From positions 15,700 through 79,699 of the forward strand of contig JAJYUJ010000006.1 of the NCBI GenBank assembly GCA_021792615.1: a stretch of 64,000 bases of DNA. The letters are read 5' to 3'. Below are positions 9,470-19,797 of the stretch, piece after piece. A program made the position numbers and the translations under genes. The notes beneath the pieces are model-generated. The model was not told the origin of the DNA. It worked only from the letters and a program-made list of their open reading frames with translations, and searched no databases. This stretch comes from a bacterium (GTDB lineage: Bacteria > JAMCPX01). How positions within the stretch are numbered: the first letter of the stretch is position 1; every line of letters starts with the position of its first letter.

Positions 9470-9632
9470 ACTGCCTCCTTTTATATTTTCATTTTTTTTA
9501 ATTACTTGTTTTTGTCATTCCGCACTTGATGCGCAATCCGGTTGTTTCTCTTTCTCTGGTTTCCCCTTTTCATGTGAATGACAGGAAAGACCGCTCTGGA
9601 ACGGAACAATCATATTTTTATTGTTTTACTCT

Positions 9633-10133
9633 CTATTTGTTGTCTATAGAATTATGCTGGATTGACCGCTGCATTGCAACTTTTCCGGTCCTCACGATGT
9701 CCTTCACCCCGAGCGGTTTCAAAAGATTGAGAACTGCACCAATCTTCTCTTCATCGCCCGTGAGTTCTATAACAAAAGTATCGGGACTCACGTCGACGAT
9801 CTTGCCCCGGAATATATCAACCAGCCTCAGCACCTCTGTCCTGTTTTCACCGGAAGCCGATACCTTTATCAGCACCATCTCCCTTTCTACATGTCCGGTA
9901 ACCGTCAGATCGACGACCTTGATAGTATTGATAAGCTTGTTCAATTGCTTGATAATCTGCTCGATAATTTTATCTTCACCGTTGGTTACTATCGTCATCT
10001 TGGATACGGAAGGATCCAGCGTCTCTGCCACGCTCAAACTTTCTATGTTATAACCTCTGCCGCTGAACAATCCAGCAACCCTTGCAAGTACACCGAACTT
10101 ATTCTCGACGGTTAGCGATATCGTATGCCTCAT
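9633..10133 (-). CDS. ilvN: acetolactate synthase small (regulatory) subunit
   Basis: 166 aa with ACT domain ([33 protein letters not shown]), positioned directly downstream of the large subunit. Confidence 0.85.
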   Translation of the reverse strand: MRHTISLTVENKFGVLARVAGLFSGRGYNIESLSVAETLDPSVSKMTIVTNGEDKIIEQIIKQLNKLINTIKVVDLTVTGHVEREMVLIKVSASGENRTEVLRLVDIFRGKIVDVSPDTFVIELTGDEEKIGAVLNLLKPLGVKDIVRTGKVAMQRSIQHNSIDNK

Positions 10134-10142
10134 TATTCACCC

Positions 10143-11831
10143 CTATGCTAATAACATCTTTTTCAGAGAAGCCCCGGACGGTACCATCGGGTAGACGTCC
10201 TCTTCCTCTTCAACGCGAAAATCGATCAGTACCGGAAGTTTACTCTTGAGCGCTTCCTTCAATACCGGAAGAACATCGTTTTTCTTTTCTACTGCATATC
10301 CTTTGGCACCATACGCATCGGCAAGTTTCACAAAATCGGGTTTATGGGACATATCGGTATGCGAGTATCTCTTGCCGTAAAAAAGGCTCTGCCACTGCCT
10401 GACCATTCCGAGATAGTTGTTGTTCAGGATTGCCACGACCACATTCACCTTGTACTGCACGGCCGTTGCAAGCTCCTGAATATTCATTTGAATGCTTCCG
10501 TCTCCCGCGATGTCGATAACGGTTGCTTCCGGCATGGCGACCTTTGCGCCGATGGCTGCGGGAAAGCCGTAGCCCATGGTCCCGAGTCCGCCGGATGTTA
10601 CGAAGGTCCTTGGCTTGCCGAACTTATAAAACTGGGCTGTCCACATCTGGTTCTGACCGACCTCCGTTGTGATAATGGCATTGCCTTTCGTCAATTCGTA
10701 AATCCGTTCTATGACAAACTGCGGCTTGAGCTTGCCGGTCTCCTTGTAGGTCAGCGGATGAGATTCTTTCCACTGGTTTATAAGCGTCTTCCAGTCCTCA
10801 CTCTCGCGGACAAAGCCTTTAAGCCTCTTATCCTGTTTTAAAAGCTTGTTCATCTCTGCCAGAATACTTTTTGCATTTCCGACAATCGGTATGTCCACCT
10901 CTACGTTTTTACTGATGGAAGTCGGGTCTATATCGATATGCACAATCTTCGCCTCGGGCGCAAATTCACTGATATCGCCGGTTACCCGGTCATCGAACCG
11001 TGCGCCGATTGCAACAAGCATATCGGTATGCGTAACAGCCATATTTGCCGCATAGGTTCCGTGCATGCCGAGCATGCCCAGAAACAACGGGTGCTCGCCC
11101 GGAAATCCTCCAAGCCCCATGAGCGTATTGGTCACCGGTGCCTTCAACAATTCCGCAAATGCAAACAGCTCTTTTGAAGCACCGGAGCTTATAATACCTC
11201 CGCCGGTATAGATAACCGGTTTTTTCGAAGCGAGGATCATGTCTATTGAACGTTTGATCTGGTTTGTATGGCCTTCGTACGTCGGTTTATATCCCGGCAA
11301 TTCAATATCATCGGGATAAGAGAACTCGGCTGAATCCATGGTGACATCCTTGGGGATATCCACAACGACAGGCCCCGGCCTGCCGGTCCTTGCTATATAG
11401 AACGCCTCTTTTATGGTTTTTGCTATGTCCTTGACATTTTTAATGAGAAAATTGTGTTTTGTGCATGACCGTGTGATACCGACAATATCTGCCTCCTGGA
11501 ATGCATCGTTGCCGACCAGATTTGTAGGCACCTGTCCCGTAAATACAACGATAGGTATGGAATCCATGTATGCCGTGGCCAACCCCGTCACCGTATTTGT
11601 AGCACCGGGACCGGATGTTACAAGGGCAACCCCAACCTTTCCTGTTACCCGTGCGTAACCGTCTGCCATGTGAGCTGCGCCCTGCTCATGTCTGACGAGA
11701 ATGTGCTTTATATCGCTGTGATAAAGCTCATCATATATGTATAGTACGACGCCGCCGGGATATCCGAAGATCGTATCCACACCCTCTTTTTTGAGACTCT
11801 CCACAAATATTTTTGCGCCATTCATCTTCAT
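10143..11831 (-). CDS. ilvB: acetolactate synthase large (catalytic) subunit, ThDP/FAD-dependent
   Basis: 562 aa with ThDP-binding GDG...NN motif ([18 protein letters not shown]...[12 protein letters not shown]); typical AHAS. Confidence 0.9.
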   Translation of the reverse strand: MKMNGAKIFVESLKKEGVDTIFGYPGGVVLYIYDELYHSDIKHILVRHEQGAAHMADGYARVTGKVGVALVTSGPGATNTVTGLATAYMDSIPIVVFTGQVPTNLVGNDAFQEADIVGITRSCTKHNFLIKNVKDIAKTIKEAFYIARTGRPGPVVVDIPKDVTMDSAEFSYPDDIELPGYKPTYEGHTNQIKRSIDMILASKKPVIYTGGGIISSGASKELFAFAELLKAPVTNTLMGLGGFPGEHPLFLGMLGMHGTYAANMAVTHTDMLVAIGARFDDRVTGDISEFAPEAKIVHIDIDPTSISKNVEVDIPIVGNAKSILAEMNKLLKQDKRLKGFVRESEDWKTLINQWKESHPLTYKETGKLKPQFVIERIYELTKGNAIITTEVGQNQMWTAQFYKFGKPRTFVTSGGLGTMGYGFPAAIGAKVAMPEATVIDIAGDGSIQMNIQELATAVQYKVNVVVAILNNNYLGMVRQWQSLFYGKRYSHTDMSHKPDFVKLADAYGAKGYAVEKKNDVLPVLKEALKSKLPVLIDFRVEEEEDVYPMVPSGASLKKMLLA

Positions 11832-11962
11832 GTGTTCTCTATCCTTTCCTTCGATCTATTTTCAGCATCCCTTTAAAATACGAAGGGCTTCGGGCGTTAT
11901 GACCTTGCTTTTGCAGCTCCGTCCCTGTTGTGCACGAGGGTTAACGCAGAAGCGCCTGCGAA

Positions 11963-13624
11963 TCACCTCAGTACAGCACCGGTGTTCGCCGATGTCACCA
12001 GCTGAGCGTACCGGGCAAGCCAGCCACTCTTGAATTTAGGTTCGGGAGGCTTGAATTCCATTCGCCTTCTTTTAATTTCATCATCATTGATATCAATATC
12101 AATAGATTTTTTCTTAAGGTCTATAATAATGGTGTCGCCATCCCTGACCAGAGCGATGGGTCCGCCAGCGGCTGCTTCAGGAGAAACATGTCCTATGGCA
12201 AGCCCCCGCGTCCCTCCGGAAAACCTCCCATCCGTAATCAGGGCGACTTTGTCTCCCATACCCATACCCGATATCGCCGAAGTCGGCGACAGCATCTCAC
12301 GCATACCGGGACCGCCCCTGGGTCCTTCATACCGCACGAAAATGGCATCTCCGGCTTTTATCTGCTTGCCCATGATAGCCTTCATCGCGAGCTGCTCCGA
12401 GTCAAAGACCTTTGCCGTACCTTTAAAATATTCGAGCCCTGCTTCTATGCCTGCGACCTTGATCACCGCACCGTCCGGTGCGAGACTGCCTTTCAACACC
12501 GCAATACCGCCGCTTTTACTGTAGGCTTTGTCGAGCGATCTTATAACCTCTTTATCGTAGACCGTGCCTCTCTTTGCAAGCTCCAGTATGGATGGTCCGG
12601 TAACAGTCGGGTTGTCCTTGAGCATGTCTTTTAACCTGTTTAACACCGCCGGAATACCGCCTGCATATTCGATATCCTCCATCATATAATCACCCGATGG
12701 CCGGATGCGGGTAATGTTGGGCGTTTCACTGCTGATCCTATCGAACAAATCCAGGGGGAGTTCTATGCCGGCTTCATGCGCAATCGCAGTGATGTGCAGT
12801 ACCGTATTCGTGGAACCGCCGAGAGACATGTCCACGCGTATTGCATTCTCAAATGCATTCTTCGTCATGATCTGCCGTGCCGTAATATTGTTTTTAACAA
12901 GTTCAACGATTCTCTTGCCGGTTTCAAAAGCAAGGTGCCTTTTCTTCGAGGATACTGCAAGTGCTGTTCCGGCACCGTACAATGACATGCCCAGCACCTC
13001 GGTAAGACACGCCATGGTGTTTGCGGTAAATAATCCCTGGCAGGATCCTTCACCCGGACATGAACCGATCTCCATCGCCACAACATCATCTTCCGTAAGC
13101 TCGCCCCTGTTGTATTTACCGACTGCTTCAAATGCATCATGAACAAGATCGAGCCGTTCGCCCTTATATCTTCCCCCGAGCATGGGTCCTGCCGTCAAAA
13201 CGATTGCGGGTATATCGAGCCGTGCAGCAGCCATAAGCATGCCCGGTGTTATCTTGTCGCAGTTCGTCAGCAGTATCATACCGTCAAGCCTGTGCGCGGA
13301 AATCACCGTTTCGACGGAGTCGGCAATAAGCTCCCGTATGGGGAGGGAGTAATGCATACCAACATGTCCCATTGCTATACCGTCACAAATACCGGGTATA
13401 CCAAAGAGAAATGGGTGGCCGCCGCCTGCGTAAACTCCGTTCTCGAGAAATCTCTCCAGTGTCCTCATGCCGACATGACCGGGGATCAGATCGGTAAAAC
13501 TCGATGCTATTCCGATAAACGGCTTTTCGAATTCAGAACGTGCAACACCGGTCGCATGCATCAGCGCACGGTGCGGTACTCTTTCGATTCCCTTTTTTAT
13601 TTCATCACTGCGCATGAGGGTCAA
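11963..13624 (-). CDS. ilvD: dihydroxy-acid dehydratase
   Basis: 553 aa with Fe-S cluster Cys ligands ([17 protein letters not shown]) and an ILVD/EDD C-terminal region. Confidence 0.9.
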   Translation of the reverse strand: MTLMRSDEIKKGIERVPHRALMHATGVARSEFEKPFIGIASSFTDLIPGHVGMRTLERFLENGVYAGGGHPFLFGIPGICDGIAMGHVGMHYSLPIRELIADSVETVISAHRLDGMILLTNCDKITPGMLMAAARLDIPAIVLTAGPMLGGRYKGERLDLVHDAFEAVGKYNRGELTEDDVVAMEIGSCPGEGSCQGLFTANTMACLTEVLGMSLYGAGTALAVSSKKRHLAFETGKRIVELVKNNITARQIMTKNAFENAIRVDMSLGGSTNTVLHITAIAHEAGIELPLDLFDRISSETPNITRIRPSGDYMMEDIEYAGGIPAVLNRLKDMLKDNPTVTGPSILELAKRGTVYDKEVIRSLDKAYSKSGGIAVLKGSLAPDGAVIKVAGIEAGLEYFKGTAKVFDSEQLAMKAIMGKQIKAGDAIFVRYEGPRGGPGMREMLSPTSAISGMGMGDKVALITDGRFSGGTRGLAIGHVSPEAAAGGPIALVRDGDTIIIDLKKKSIDIDINDDEIKRRRMEFKPPEPKFKSGWLARYAQLVTSANTGAVLR

Positions 13625-13851
13625 TTCTCCTTCACGGTATATTTCTTGAGGAGTTCAAACATCTTATCCTTGCCGGAAAGCTTGAGTTTTTGCAGTCTTT
13701 TCTTTTCCATTTCTTCTTCCGGCGACAAATGAACCTTTTTTTCCAATTCTCTCAGTTTTTGTTCATAATCAAGATGCTCTGTCCACAGCTTTTTTAACTC
13801 GGGATCCCCCTCTGAAAACTTCATAACAAGCAAACGCTCTTTTTCTTCCAC
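13621..13851 (-). CDS. DUF465 (YdcH-like) small coiled-coil protein
   Basis: 76 aa ([26 protein letters not shown]) matching the DUF465 pattern. Its stop overlaps the ilvD start by 4 nt, so it heads the ilv operon. Confidence 0.5.
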   Translation of the reverse strand: MEEKERLLVMKFSEGDPELKKLWTEHLDYEQKLRELEKKVHLSPEEEMEKKRLQKLKLSGKDKMFELLKKYTVKEN

Positions 13852-13991
13852 TTTTTTTTGCCTCCTTTCGTACTATTCTTAATCCATTACCATATATGCA
13901 ATGAATGCCAAACTGTCAAATATAAACGGCGGTATAAAACGTGCGGGCTGTAGAAATAAGAAGATCGGGATAAAGAAGGGCCGCTGCCGAA

Positions 13992-14696
13992 TCAGAATTG
14001 AGAACCAAGCGTTTCTATTGCATTCCTTACTTTCTCTATCAGGGCTTCCTTGATGTCCAAGGTATACCCCGACATACTGATAGGCTCTCCGACATTGAGG
14101 TGGATCAGTCCTGGTTTTATCTTCAGGCTGTGGGGCGGTAAAAGCTCGAAACTCCCCTGTACCGCCATAGGGACAATGGGTATTCCGGTTTCGAGGGCAA
14201 GCACAAACCCGCCCTTTTTGAATTCACCCATCTTCCCTGTCATACTCCTTGTTCCTTCAGGAAACACCAATACGGACAATTTATACTTTCGTATTAATTC
14301 CTTAGCTTTTTCAATACTTTTCTTGGCACTCTCGATATTTTTTCTGTCAATAACAATGTGCCGCGACATATAAAGCGCCTGTCCGAATATGGGTAGTTTG
14401 ATGAGCTCTTTTTTAACAAAAAATCTTATCCTGAAAGGAAGGTTTGGTGCCCATGCAACAGCATCGAGATGGCTCTGATGATTGGACATAAATATATATG
14501 ATTTGTCTTTATCGAGATGATCCAAACCTTTTATGTCTACCTTTATTCCTGCACAGAATCTGATGGCCAGTGCCCATAACCGTGCACCGACATCATAAAC
14601 CCTGCCTCCCCGGTCAAAGATACCGGCCAGAGCAACAAGGGAACCGATCACTATGGTATTGATGATAATGACAATGACTGTTATAAAGGATCTCAT
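13992..14696 (-). CDS. plsC: 1-acyl-sn-glycerol-3-phosphate acyltransferase (PlsC-family), paralog 1
   Basis: HX4D acyltransferase motif FMSNHQSHLD and the FPEGTRS motif, with an N-terminal TM anchor. Confidence 0.8.
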   Translation of the reverse strand: MRSFITVIVIIINTIVIGSLVALAGIFDRGGRVYDVGARLWALAIRFCAGIKVDIKGLDHLDKDKSYIFMSNHQSHLDAVAWAPNLPFRIRFFVKKELIKLPIFGQALYMSRHIVIDRKNIESAKKSIEKAKELIRKYKLSVLVFPEGTRSMTGKMGEFKKGGFVLALETGIPIVPMAVQGSFELLPPHSLKIKPGLIHLNVGEPISMSGYTLDIKEALIEKVRNAIETLGSQF

Positions 14697-15415
14697 ACTG
14701 CTGGGTGGTCTCCCTTGCCAAGCCCCTCTATCTCCGAGCGTACCTTATCCATGAGTTCCTGTTTTCTTTCGACGGTATAGGTATCAACCGGTATGGGGTT
14801 GCCGACCTTTATGTGTATGGCTCCGGATTTTATCAGCAATGTATGGGTGGGCAGCAGCTTGAAGCTCCCGCTAATCTCGATAGGCGCAATAGGAATACCC
14901 GTTTCAATGGCAAGTACAAACCCTCCTTTTTTGAAATCCCCCATCTTCCCGGTCTTACTTCTTGTTCCCTCGGGGAATACGAGAACGCTGAATCCGTATT
15001 TTTTTATCCTCTTCTTCGCTTCATTGATACTCCTTTTGGCTTTCTCCGTATTCTTTCTGTCTATGATGATATGCTTACCCATATAAATCGCCTGACCAAA
15101 GATGGGAATGCTAAGAAGTTCTTTCTTTGTGAAGAATCTTATTTTAAACGGCAATTTTGCCATAAAAGCAGGCGTATCAAGATGGCTCAAGTGGTTCGAC
15201 ATGAATATGTAAGAAGTATCTTTATCGAGATGTTCGAGTCCTTCAATAGTAACTTTTATCCCTGCCGCAAAGAAGATGATGCTTGACCACGCAATAGATA
15301 TGAGATCATAGATGCCGCCGGTAAAGTCGAAGAATCCGGTCACGATTACGAGGGTCCCGGCAACGATGGTATCAAGAATAACAACAAGAGCGGTAATGTA
15401 CGATCGTATTCGCAT
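14693..15415 (-). CDS. plsC: 1-acyl-sn-glycerol-3-phosphate acyltransferase (PlsC-family), paralog 2 (tandem duplicate)
   Basis: FMSNHLSHLD and FPEGTRS motifs. It is roughly 55-60% identical to its neighbour by eye across the full length, with a 4-nt overlap between the genes. Confidence 0.8.
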   Translation of the reverse strand: MRIRSYITALVVILDTIVAGTLVIVTGFFDFTGGIYDLISIAWSSIIFFAAGIKVTIEGLEHLDKDTSYIFMSNHLSHLDTPAFMAKLPFKIRFFTKKELLSIPIFGQAIYMGKHIIIDRKNTEKAKRSINEAKKRIKKYGFSVLVFPEGTRSKTGKMGDFKKGGFVLAIETGIPIAPIEISGSFKLLPTHTLLIKSGAIHIKVGNPIPVDTYTVERKQELMDKVRSEIEGLGKGDHPAV

Positions 15416-15430
15416 CGGTATAGATTTCGT

Positions 15431-15838
15431 TTATCCCTTTTTGACAACAATGGTATCAGCGAGGGTATCGCCGATACGCATACTGCCGAGGTCCGTGTAT
15501 AAGAAGTAGGTCTCAACGCAGATAATACTCAAGCCGATAAAAATGAATAAGAAAAAGCCGATGACCGGGACGATGAACATCAAGATGGCAAAGCCGAACG
15601 GAATGTTCCTCAAGATGGATTTATGAATTGAACAGGGTTTGTTCGTCGTGATATCTATAACCTTAATACCGACAAGCCACTTACCAATAGACCTCCCTTC
15701 CATAAGTCCGTCTGCTATCAGGCTGTAAACAAGGCCGACTGCAGGACCTATAGGAGATACTACACTGGCGAGTATCAATGCGAATGCAACATCGATAAAC
15801 TTGGCTGAAGCCCTCTCGAGGAATGTAGCTTTAGTCAT
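15431..15838 (-). CDS. RDD-family membrane protein
   Basis: 135 aa with an N-terminal RDD-like segment (ERASAKFIDVAFALIL) and 3 predicted TM helices. Confidence 0.55.
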   Translation of the reverse strand: MTKATFLERASAKFIDVAFALILASVVSPIGPAVGLVYSLIADGLMEGRSIGKWLVGIKVIDITTNKPCSIHKSILRNIPFGFAILMFIVPVIGFFLFIFIGLSIICVETYFLYTDLGSMRIGDTLADTIVVKKG

Positions 15839-16025
15839 CTTTGCGCTGTCCTTTTTTCGACGTAAATACTACAAAAGCCATCGAAGGCCTTTTCTGACTT
15901 TCCCGCATAGCAAAGGTAATCCTGTCCAATTCCCATCCCTTTATACTCCATTCATTCAGCACAGTCTCTATCTCCGTATCAGTCACTGTGCTTATCTCAA
16001 CGACCTTATACTCTACAGTATCCAT
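15831..16025 (-). CDS. DUF4177-like small protein
   Basis: 64 aa (MDTVEYKVVEI...EWSIKGWELDRIT...VVFTSKK) matching the DUF4177 pattern. It overlaps the RDD gene by 8 nt and lies 5 nt after the radical SAM gene. Confidence 0.45.
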   Translation of the reverse strand: MDTVEYKVVEISTVTDTEIETVLNEWSIKGWELDRITFAMRESQKRPSMAFVVFTSKKGQRKDD

Positions 16026-16029
16026 AATG

Positions 16030-17148
16030 CTATAAGCTGCTGCCGACGCTTATCTTTATGCTGCTCTTTTTGGACTTTGGATCGTACCCTTCCGGAACAT
16101 ATATGCAATACGGCTCTTCGTCAAGATAATTACCGGTCTCGTAATAAGCACGAGCCCTGCATCCTGCGCAAACAGCCCTGTATTCGCAGGCACCGCATTT
16201 GTCCTTCAACAGTGCGGGCTCCCGCATTTCCTTAAAGACCGTCGAATGTTCCCATACCTCTTCAAATGTTTGTTTTTTCAGATTACCGGCTGCCACAGGC
16301 AGGTAACCGCAGGGCTGGACAACCCCGAGTCTTGATATAAACGCAACAGCACTTCCCGCAAGGCACCCTTTTGTCATGGCAGCCATACCGTGGGTTTCAA
16401 AACTCAGCTTTATGCCGTCCTTTTTCGCCCTCTGGCGTATGATCCTGTAATAATGGGGAGCACAGGTCGCTTTCAGCTCGATCTCCTTGTGCGCTGTGAA
16501 CTGGTCGTACATCCAGTTCAGAACATCCTCATACTGTTGTGCGGGCAGCATCTCGCTGTCAGCGATCATGACACCGCAGCCAACAGGCACGAGCATGAAA
16601 TAATGCACTGCATTCGCCTTCATGTTCAGCGCAAGATTGAATATATCAGCCACCTGATGGACGTTATGTTTTGCAATCGTACTGTTGATCTGAATTTCGA
16701 CTCCTGCCTTTTGGACAAGCTTAAGACCGTTTATTGCGGCATCGAATGAGCCCGGAAGCGCCCGGAAGCTGTCATGGACATTTGCGTCCCCTCCGTCGAT
16801 GCTGATCGCAACCCTGAGGATGCCGGCATCCTTGATCTTTTTTGCGATCGCCTCGGTGATAAGTGTGCCGTTCGTGGCAAGTGCGACCCTCAGACCTTTT
16901 GAAACCGCATGTGAAGCGATATCAAATATGTCCTCCCTGAATAGCGGCTCTCCGCCGGTCAGAACGAGGATGGGCTTATAAACCTTTGCTATATCGTCTA
17001 TGATCTTGAAGATCTCCCCGGTAGCAAGTTCGCCCTTCATCTTTTCCGGCATGGCAACCGCCCTGCAGTGGACGCACTTTAAATTACACTGGGCTGTCAG
17101 TTCCCAGAATATCAGTCTTGGCACGTGTTTCATGTTCATTCTTTCCAT
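16030..17148 (-). CDS. radical SAM / SPASM-domain enzyme, AhbC/AhbD (NirJ)-like; putative alternative heme biosynthesis
   Basis: CX3CX2C motif CNLKCVHC near the N-terminus and a C-terminal Cys cluster (CGACEYRAVCAGCRARAYY) typical of a SPASM/twitch domain. It lies immediately downstream of hemB in the same operon. Confidence 0.65.
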   Translation of the reverse strand: MERMNMKHVPRLIFWELTAQCNLKCVHCRAVAMPEKMKGELATGEIFKIIDDIAKVYKPILVLTGGEPLFREDIFDIASHAVSKGLRVALATNGTLITEAIAKKIKDAGILRVAISIDGGDANVHDSFRALPGSFDAAINGLKLVQKAGVEIQINSTIAKHNVHQVADIFNLALNMKANAVHYFMLVPVGCGVMIADSEMLPAQQYEDVLNWMYDQFTAHKEIELKATCAPHYYRIIRQRAKKDGIKLSFETHGMAAMTKGCLAGSAVAFISRLGVVQPCGYLPVAAGNLKKQTFEEVWEHSTVFKEMREPALLKDKCGACEYRAVCAGCRARAYYETGNYLDEEPYCIYVPEGYDPKSKKSSIKISVGSSL

Positions 17149-17220
17149 AGCGTTTTCTTCTTTCTTATTGTTGATGTACTATCATACAACCCTGTACCAT
17201 TGCAAACAGAGTCATTCTTT

Positions 17221-17297
17221 CTTTAATCTTGAATCTTTAATTTTTAATTTTTAATCTTTAATTTCTTATTTTGAATCTTTAATTTCTTATCTTTAAT
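17221..17297. repeat. degenerate heptanucleotide tandem array (CTTTAAT)x11
   Basis: The array reads ctttaat cttgaat ctttaat ttttaat ttttaat ctttaat ttcttat tttgaat ctttaat ttcttat ctttaat. It spans the last 6 codons of hemB (..ILKIRN*) and the whole hemB/radical-SAM intergenic region. Confidence 0.8.
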
Positions 17298-18262
17298 ATG
17301 CCCGCCGCCTGCTTTGCGAAGTACGTCAGGATCATATCCGCCCCTGCCCGTTTGATCGAGTACAGTACCTCCATCATCGCGGACTGTTCGTCAAGCCACC
17401 CGAGCCGTGCAGCAGCTTTTATCATGGAATATTCGCCGCTCACATTGTATGCGGCAACAGGCAGGTTCGTTGCCTGCTTGACCCGGTAAATAACGTCAAG
17501 ATAGCTCAACGCGGGTTTTACCATGACAATATCAGCGCCTTCCTCGACATCGGTCAGAGCCTCCGCCACTGCCTCACGGGCATTCCGGTAATCCATCTGA
17601 TAGGAACGCCGGTCCCCGAACTGCGGAGTCGATTCTGCCGCATCCCTGAACGGCCCGTAAAAACTGCTCGAGTACTTTGACGAATAACTCATGATCGGTA
17701 TGCCGGTAAAATTATTTTTATCCAGTCCGTTTCTTATTGCCTTGACCATCCCGTCCATCATGCCCGAGGGTGCCACGATGTCAACGCCCGCCTTTGCCTG
17801 AGCAACGGCTATCTGGGAAAGGTATTCCAGGGTTTTGTCGTTATCGACTTCGCCGCCGTCGATGATGCCGCAGTGACCGTGCGACGTGTACTCGCACATA
17901 CAGAGGTCGGCAATAACGAGGATGTCCTTGACCCTCTTCTTTATTTCCCGGATCGCCTCCTGTACAACACCGGTTTCGCAATAGGCATCCGAACCCGTCG
18001 TGTCTTTTGTCTTTGGAATTCCAAAAAGTATTATCGCAGGTATACCAAGTTCTTTTACCTCCTGAGCCTCTGCGACAGCATAATCAATGGATTCCTGATA
18101 ACAGCCCGGCATGGACGGGATCTCTTTCTGGATATGCTTCTCATGGGTCACAAATAAAGGATAGATAAAATCGTCCGCACTCAGGTGCGTTTCCGAAACC
18201 AGATTGCGCATCTGCTTTGAGGACCTTATTCTCCTGCCTCTGTGTATAGGGTATACAGACAT
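17279..18262 (-). CDS. hemB: porphobilinogen synthase (delta-aminolevulinate dehydratase)
   Basis: 327 aa with Zn-site Cys triad ([14 protein letters not shown]) and conserved PSGMMDG and VKPAL(S)YLD segments. Confidence 0.9.
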   Translation of the reverse strand: MSVYPIHRGRRIRSSKQMRNLVSETHLSADDFIYPLFVTHEKHIQKEIPSMPGCYQESIDYAVAEAQEVKELGIPAIILFGIPKTKDTTGSDAYCETGVVQEAIREIKKRVKDILVIADLCMCEYTSHGHCGIIDGGEVDNDKTLEYLSQIAVAQAKAGVDIVAPSGMMDGMVKAIRNGLDKNNFTGIPIMSYSSKYSSSFYGPFRDAAESTPQFGDRRSYQMDYRNAREAVAEALTDVEEGADIVMVKPALSYLDVIYRVKQATNLPVAAYNVSGEYSMIKAAARLGWLDEQSAMMEVLYSIKRAGADMILTYFAKQAAGILKIRN

Positions 18263-18458
18263 AAACCAAGCTCCTTTTTATTATGAAATATAATACCATT
18301 ACTCAATAAAAGGCAATGAATGAGGCACGTCTTTGATAAAATAAACAGGATCAACAACCTATTCACTTCAGTTGCTTTCATCTTTTAGAGAAGGTAATCA
18401 TGGGGGCACGTGCACTATAGAAAGTTACAGAGAGAGCAGTTTATTGTCCCTGTCATCC

Positions 18459-19757
18459 TCAGTAATACTTATACACGCCATCGGCAGCGAGATATAAGGT
18501 ATTATAGTTACTGGTGTCTATTGCGAATCCCAACGGATACTGACTGACGAGAATATATTGAGGCAGATTTGTTGGACCAATCGTGGTTGTAGTATTACCA
18601 CCATCTAAACTCATAACTACACCCAGGGCACCAACTGAATAAACTATGTTGGAATCTACTGGATTTACATATATATTACCTGACAGTAATGCAGTATTAG
18701 TCCATGTAATACCTCCATCCACGCTCTTACCTGCATATAGAGATCCGTTCATAGGAGTACCATATAATGTCTGAGTATTGTTAGGATCTATTGCTATATT
18801 TAAAAATGATGACACAGGATTGCTTGCGTATAATTGCCATGTACTACCTCCATCTGTGCTTTTATAGATACCTTCGCTGAACACAAGCACGTACACTATC
18901 TGATAGCTCGGATCGACGACAATACTGAGTATCTGACTGGTTCCTGTCATGGTTGATAAAGCCGTCCACGTTAGTCCGCCATTCGTAGATTGGCTTAAAG
19001 ATTGGCTAAAACGACTGCCGATAGCCTGATAAAGGATGGATGAATTCTTCGGGTCTATGGTAAGAATACTCACAGGAATATCCTCTATCACCTGCCACGA
19101 TTGGCCTGAGTTTGTGCTTTTATACAATGCACTGTCAGTGCCTACAACACCGGCATAAACCGTGCTTGGATTCTTAGGATCAACCTCCAGTATCGTTACT
19201 ATATCGGTAGAGCTTGTAAGATACAGACCTGTACTTGTAGTTACCCATGTACTTCCCCCATCTGTTATTTTGTATATTCCATCGCTGAAGCCAGAGCCTG
19301 CATAAAGAGTGTTTGTATTTACCGGGTCTATTGCAATGCTGTATATCTGGCGGTCAGAGGGTATGCCTGTGAGATGGTGCCATGTAGCGGATGAAGCTAT
19401 ACCTGTCACGCTTACAGTCGAGGATGCACTCACGCCGCCCTGCGAAGAAACGGTAAGGTTTATGCCATACTTCCCTATCTGGTCTATCAAGAATGTAGGC
19501 TGACTTGGATTCGTGCTCAAAAGAGTGGCGTTGCTTCCAACGGGCTTTTGCTCAATCTTCCACCAGTAGGTAAGTGGATAGCCATTCGGATCGTAACTTT
19601 TACTTCCATCGAGGGTCACAGAACTCCCAACAGAGATGGTCTGGTTCTGTCCCGCATTCGCAATAGGTAGATTACTATTCCCGCCCCCGCTGCTGCCTTT
19701 GCAACCGGACATTAATAAAATAACAATCAAAATGAGAATTTTCTTTATACAATCCAT
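18459..19757 (-). CDS. lipoprotein with N-terminal PKD-like domain and BNR/Asp-box beta-propeller repeats
   Basis: Lipobox LLMSGC. It has a PKD-like segment (ANAGQNQTISVGSSVTLDGSKSYDPNGYPLTYWW) and multiple Asp-box repeats (STDGGSTW, STNSGQSW, STNGGLTW, SVDGGITW). The gene has lower GC than its flanks. Confidence 0.7.
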   Translation of the reverse strand: MDCIKKILILIVILLMSGCKGSSGGGNSNLPIANAGQNQTISVGSSVTLDGSKSYDPNGYPLTYWWKIEQKPVGSNATLLSTNPSQPTFLIDQIGKYGINLTVSSQGGVSASSTVSVTGIASSATWHHLTGIPSDRQIYSIAIDPVNTNTLYAGSGFSDGIYKITDGGSTWVTTSTGLYLTSSTDIVTILEVDPKNPSTVYAGVVGTDSALYKSTNSGQSWQVIEDIPVSILTIDPKNSSILYQAIGSRFSQSLSQSTNGGLTWTALSTMTGTSQILSIVVDPSYQIVYVLVFSEGIYKSTDGGSTWQLYASNPVSSFLNIAIDPNNTQTLYGTPMNGSLYAGKSVDGGITWTNTALLSGNIYVNPVDSNIVYSVGALGVVMSLDGGNTTTTIGPTNLPQYILVSQYPLGFAIDTSNYNTLYLAADGVYKYY

Positions 19758-19797
19758 GTTCCCTCCTTATTTGCTAAAAGTGTTACAGGATAAGAGA

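Noticed and set aside
12030-12634. Two plus-strand ORFs (164 and 148 aa)
   Set aside because: Both are antisense to ilvD.
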